The notes under the pieces were generated by a model. The model made no database searches. It was not told the DNA's origin and was given only the letters and a program-made list of their open reading frames with translations. From Gaiella sp. (GTDB lineage: Bacteria > Actinomycetota > Thermoleophilia > Gaiellales > Gaiellaceae), in assembly GCA_027493885.1 (NCBI GenBank), contig JAOSJZ010000001.1, positions 1,790,622 through 1,854,621 on the forward strand: DNA of 64,000 nt, in the 5' to 3' direction. Every line of letters starts with the position of its first letter. The stretch's first letter is position 1. This document shows, one piece after another, positions 61,502-64,000 of the stretch. Position numbers and translations under genes: made by a program.

Positions 61502-61817
61502 CGGCCCGGTGTCTGCAAGAGGGCGACCGCGGGACCGTCACCTTCGTCAGCTTTTCCGCTGGGGGCTCGAGTTCTTGTAGTGGTGGAGGTTGAGTGTTCC
61601 GAACTGCAGTGAGCCACAACCGCCGTTGGAGACGCATGCCGGCGTGACGGCCATGTTGTTGGCTCCGGCACGGTGCCACGACCCTCTGCTTCGCTCGGGA
61701 CAGAGCACGCGCTCTTGCCGCGCTGGCCACCACGCTGGTCACGCTGCCAAACCCTCGTGTAGAAGTCAAGAGAGAATATGCTTGCCTTTGAAAAACCGAA
61801 CGTTTTAGATCGACGTC
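61502..61817 (-). promoter_or_regulatory. Promoter/leader copy B driving the peptide ABC operon
   Basis: Reverse complement contains GCAAGCATATTCTCTCTTGACTTCTACACGAGGGTTTGGCAGCGTGAC and AGCTGACGAAGGTGACGGTCC identical to copy A. Confidence 0.75.
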
Positions 61818-61886
61818 ATGGTCGATGTCGCCGAACTCGCGATGATCCAGGCTGTCGCCGACGCACGCTCCTTCAACGATGCCGCA
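61818..61886 (+). pseudogene. Truncated LysR 5' fragment (duplicate of the first ~23 codons of 52105-52037)
   Basis: ATGGTCGATGTCGCCGAACTCGCGATGATCCAGGCTGTCGCCGACGCACGCTCCTTC vs ATGGTCGATGTCGCCGAGCTCCGGATGATCCGGGCTGTCGCCGACGCACGCTCCTTC. Confidence 0.85.
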
Positions 61887-62030
61887 TGCATTGCTGTCTC
61901 GCTCCCCGTCCCGGACAACCCGCTGACCTGACGCTTCCGACCGGGCCAGAGTGATCCGGCGGCCGACTAACTGGACCGACCTCGACTGACAAGGAGACTG
62001 AGCTGCATTCTGACGGGGAAGGAAAGTGGC

Positions 62031-62960
62031 TCAGTAGCCGGCCGTGAGGTCGATGGTGCCGGCGAGTGGGCGGCCCTCGGCGAACGCGCTGACGTTGCCG
62101 GCGAGGTGCTCGAGCAGCTCGGCCAGGTGCGAGTCCCACGGGTTGCCCGCGTTCGGGTTCGCGACGTGAGGGGTGATCAGGACGTTGTCGAGGGCCCAGA
62201 GCGGATGCCCGTCGGGGAGCGGCTCGGGGTCGGTGACGTCGAGGAGCGCGGCGCCGAGCCTGCCGTCGCGAAGTCGCTCGACCAGCGCGCCGGTGTCGAC
62301 GAGCTCCCCGCGTGCGACGTTGACGAGCGCCCCGCGCGGTCCGAGCGCGTCGAGCACGGCGCCGTCGACGATCCCGCGCGTCTCGTCGGTCAGGGCCGCG
62401 GTCAGCACGAGGTAGCGCGTGCTCGGTAGCGCCTCGCCGAGCGCGGACGACGGGTACGTGCGGTCGAAGCCCGGGAGCCGGTCGCCGTGACGGGTCACGG
62501 CGACGAGGCGCACCCCGAGCGGCGCCAACAGCTCCGCCAGCCGGCGGCCGATCGCGCCGGCGCCGAGGATCGTCACGGTCTCGCCGCGGAGCCGTTCGGT
62601 GTCGAGCTGCCGCCAGGTCTGCGCCCGCGCGTAGGCCGGGAGCCGCCGAGCCGCCGCGAGCAGGAGCGCGAGCGCGTGCTCGGCGACACCGTCGGCGTAG
62701 ACGCCACGGGCGCAGGTCCACGTGCGCGCGTCGTCGACGACCCCGGAGGCGAGCCAGCGCTCGACGCCCGCGATCACGAGCGCGACCCACCGGTGCCGCG
62801 GCTCGAGCAGCGCCGCAAGCCGGTCGGGCTGGCCCGGGGACGTCCACACGAGCGCGTCCGCGTCCGACGGCTCGACCAGCGTCGCGCCGGCTGCCTCCAG
62901 CGCTTCCGCCATCCCGGGGAGCACCTCGGGCGTGACCGCGAGCGGGACCGAACGGCTCAC
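62031..62960 (-). CDS. D-isomer-specific 2-hydroxyacid dehydrogenase
   Basis: VAEHALAL, ILGAGAIG, LVNVARGELVD, LDVTDPEP, ITPHVA. Confidence 0.92.
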   Translation of the reverse strand: MSRSVPLAVTPEVLPGMAEALEAAGATLVEPSDADALVWTSPGQPDRLAALLEPRHRWVALVIAGVERWLASGVVDDARTWTCARGVYADGVAEHALALLLAAARRLPAYARAQTWRQLDTERLRGETVTILGAGAIGRRLAELLAPLGVRLVAVTRHGDRLPGFDRTYPSSALGEALPSTRYLVLTAALTDETRGIVDGAVLDALGPRGALVNVARGELVDTGALVERLRDGRLGAALLDVTDPEPLPDGHPLWALDNVLITPHVANPNAGNPWDSHLAELLEHLAGNVSAFAEGRPLAGTIDLTAGY

Positions 62961-64000
62961 CCGGCCACCACCCGCGACACGCGCAACGCGTGGCGGCCCG
63001 CGGCGAGGAACGCCGCCGCACCGGCGACGGACAGCCCCGCGCAGACGGCCCAGGCGACCTCGAACGAGGCGATCGTCGCCACGAGCGCGACGAGGAGCGG
63101 CCCCAGCGTGGCGCCGGCGAACGAGCCCGTGACGGCGGTTCCGACCGCACGGCCCGCCCCGGCCGTGCCGTGCTCGACGGCGGCCAGGATGTAGAGCCCG
63201 GACCAGCCCCAGCCGACGCCGACGGCGAGCAGGGCACCGGCCACCACGGCCGGGACGGCGCCGACGACGAGGAGCGCGAAGCCGACCGTGCCCACGACGA
63301 CGAGCACGGCCATCTGCGGCAGGAGCGGGTCGCGCCGTCGATCGACGCGGACGCCCAGCCGGATCCGGGTGGCGACGCAGATGACGCTCGCGACCGCGAG
63401 CAGGATACCCGCGGCGCCCTCCGAGAGGCCGGAGTCGGCCGCGTAGACGACGAGGTACGCGATCAGCCCGTTCGCGGCGGCGCTCGCGAGCAGGCCCCCG
63501 AGCGCGAGCAGGCGGATGAAGCCCCGCTCGTCGCCACCGTGGGGGTGGGCGGCCGCCCGAAGGGCGAGCGGCCTGCCCTCGCCGCCGCGTACGGCGAGCG
63601 TCGCGAGCGCGGCCGCGGCCGCTCCGAGCACGAAGACGGGTCGCCAGCCAAGGCTCGTCCCGAGCGTCGGCAGCGCCAGTCCCGCGACCACGCTCGCGAG
63701 CGGCGGCCCCGCCTGCTGCAGGCCGAGCACGGTCCCCCGCCGCCGTGCGCGGAGCTCTCCCGTGACCAGCGCGCTCATCGCCGTGGGGATGATCGCGTTG
63801 CCGATCGCGGTCACGGCGAGGAACGCGGTGAAGACGACAAACGACGGAGCGGCCGCGATCCCGAGCGACCCGGCGACGACGAGCGCACCCGCGACCCGGC
63901 CGGTGCGGATGGCGCCGATGCGGTCGACGAGACGCCCGGCCGGGAACGACGCAGCCGTCGCGACGACCCAGAACGCCGTGATCGCCACCCCGAGCCGCGC
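62957..64000 (-). CDS. MFS transporter (5'-partial)
   Basis: GRLVDRIGAIR loop motif, multiple TMs, GVRVDRRR second repeat; frame runs off the window end. Confidence 0.88.
   Translation of the reverse strand, partial: ARLGVAITAFWVVATAASFPAGRLVDRIGAIRTGRVAGALVVAGSLGIAAAPSFVVFTAFLAVTAIGNAIIPTAMSALVTGELRARRRGTVLGLQQAGPPLASVVAGLALPTLGTSLGWRPVFVLGAAAAALATLAVRGGEGRPLALRAAAHPHGGDERGFIRLLALGGLLASAAANGLIAYLVVYAADSGLSEGAAGILLAVASVICVATRIRLGVRVDRRRDPLLPQMAVLVVVGTVGFALLVVGAVPAVVAGALLAVGVGWGWSGLYILAAVEHGTAGAGRAVGTAVTGSFAGATLGPLLVALVATIASFEVAWAVCAGLSVAGAAAFLAAGRHALRVSRVVAG

Noticed and set aside
128-63651. Many long Arg/Ala/Pro-rich ORFs overlapping called genes (e.g. 7628..9415, 13986..15389, 18513..21920, 29486..31645, 44645..48757)
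   Set aside because: Shadow ORFs expected in very GC-rich DNA; no motifs, and they overlap well-supported genes in other frames.
1-64000. tRNA, rRNA, integrase or prophage genes
   Set aside because: None recognised by eye; tRNAscan-SE and Infernal were not run.

Overview
High-GC bacterial chromosome segment, most likely Actinomycetota (Thermoleophilia/Gaiellales-like; inferred from gene content, actinobacterial LexA box and leaderless TANNNT promoters). Left to right: a glycosyltransferase-flippase fusion; a metal operon (Tat two-domain multicopper oxidase, ZIP, MntH) with two DtxR/MntR-type boxes; a complete 2678-bp IS1595-family element with passenger ORFs, terminal inverted repeats and a perfect 8-bp target duplication; envelope genes; vapBC coupled to acnA; a sigma-70; topA; plsC; a 5'-3' exonuclease; an HDAC-family protein; and REP/BIME-like hairpin pairs. 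An 11-kb operon resembles the anaerobic purine/urate degradation cluster (Xdh, SsnA-like, YgeW-like, carbamate kinase) but has a second atypical carbamoyltransferase, two fold-II PLP enzymes and an LLM oxidoreductase. Next come SOS-boxed dinB, a TauABC-like ABC operon whose binding protein is fused to RTX repeats, a fused IOR and a decayed RACo/ASKHA gene. A ~12-kb compositionally distinct island holds two convergent operons driven by inverted copies of one LysR promoter/leader. At least seven single-base frameshifts, mostly in G/C homopolymers and one in topA, look like long-read errors. All calls come from motif recognition by eye; no searches were run.
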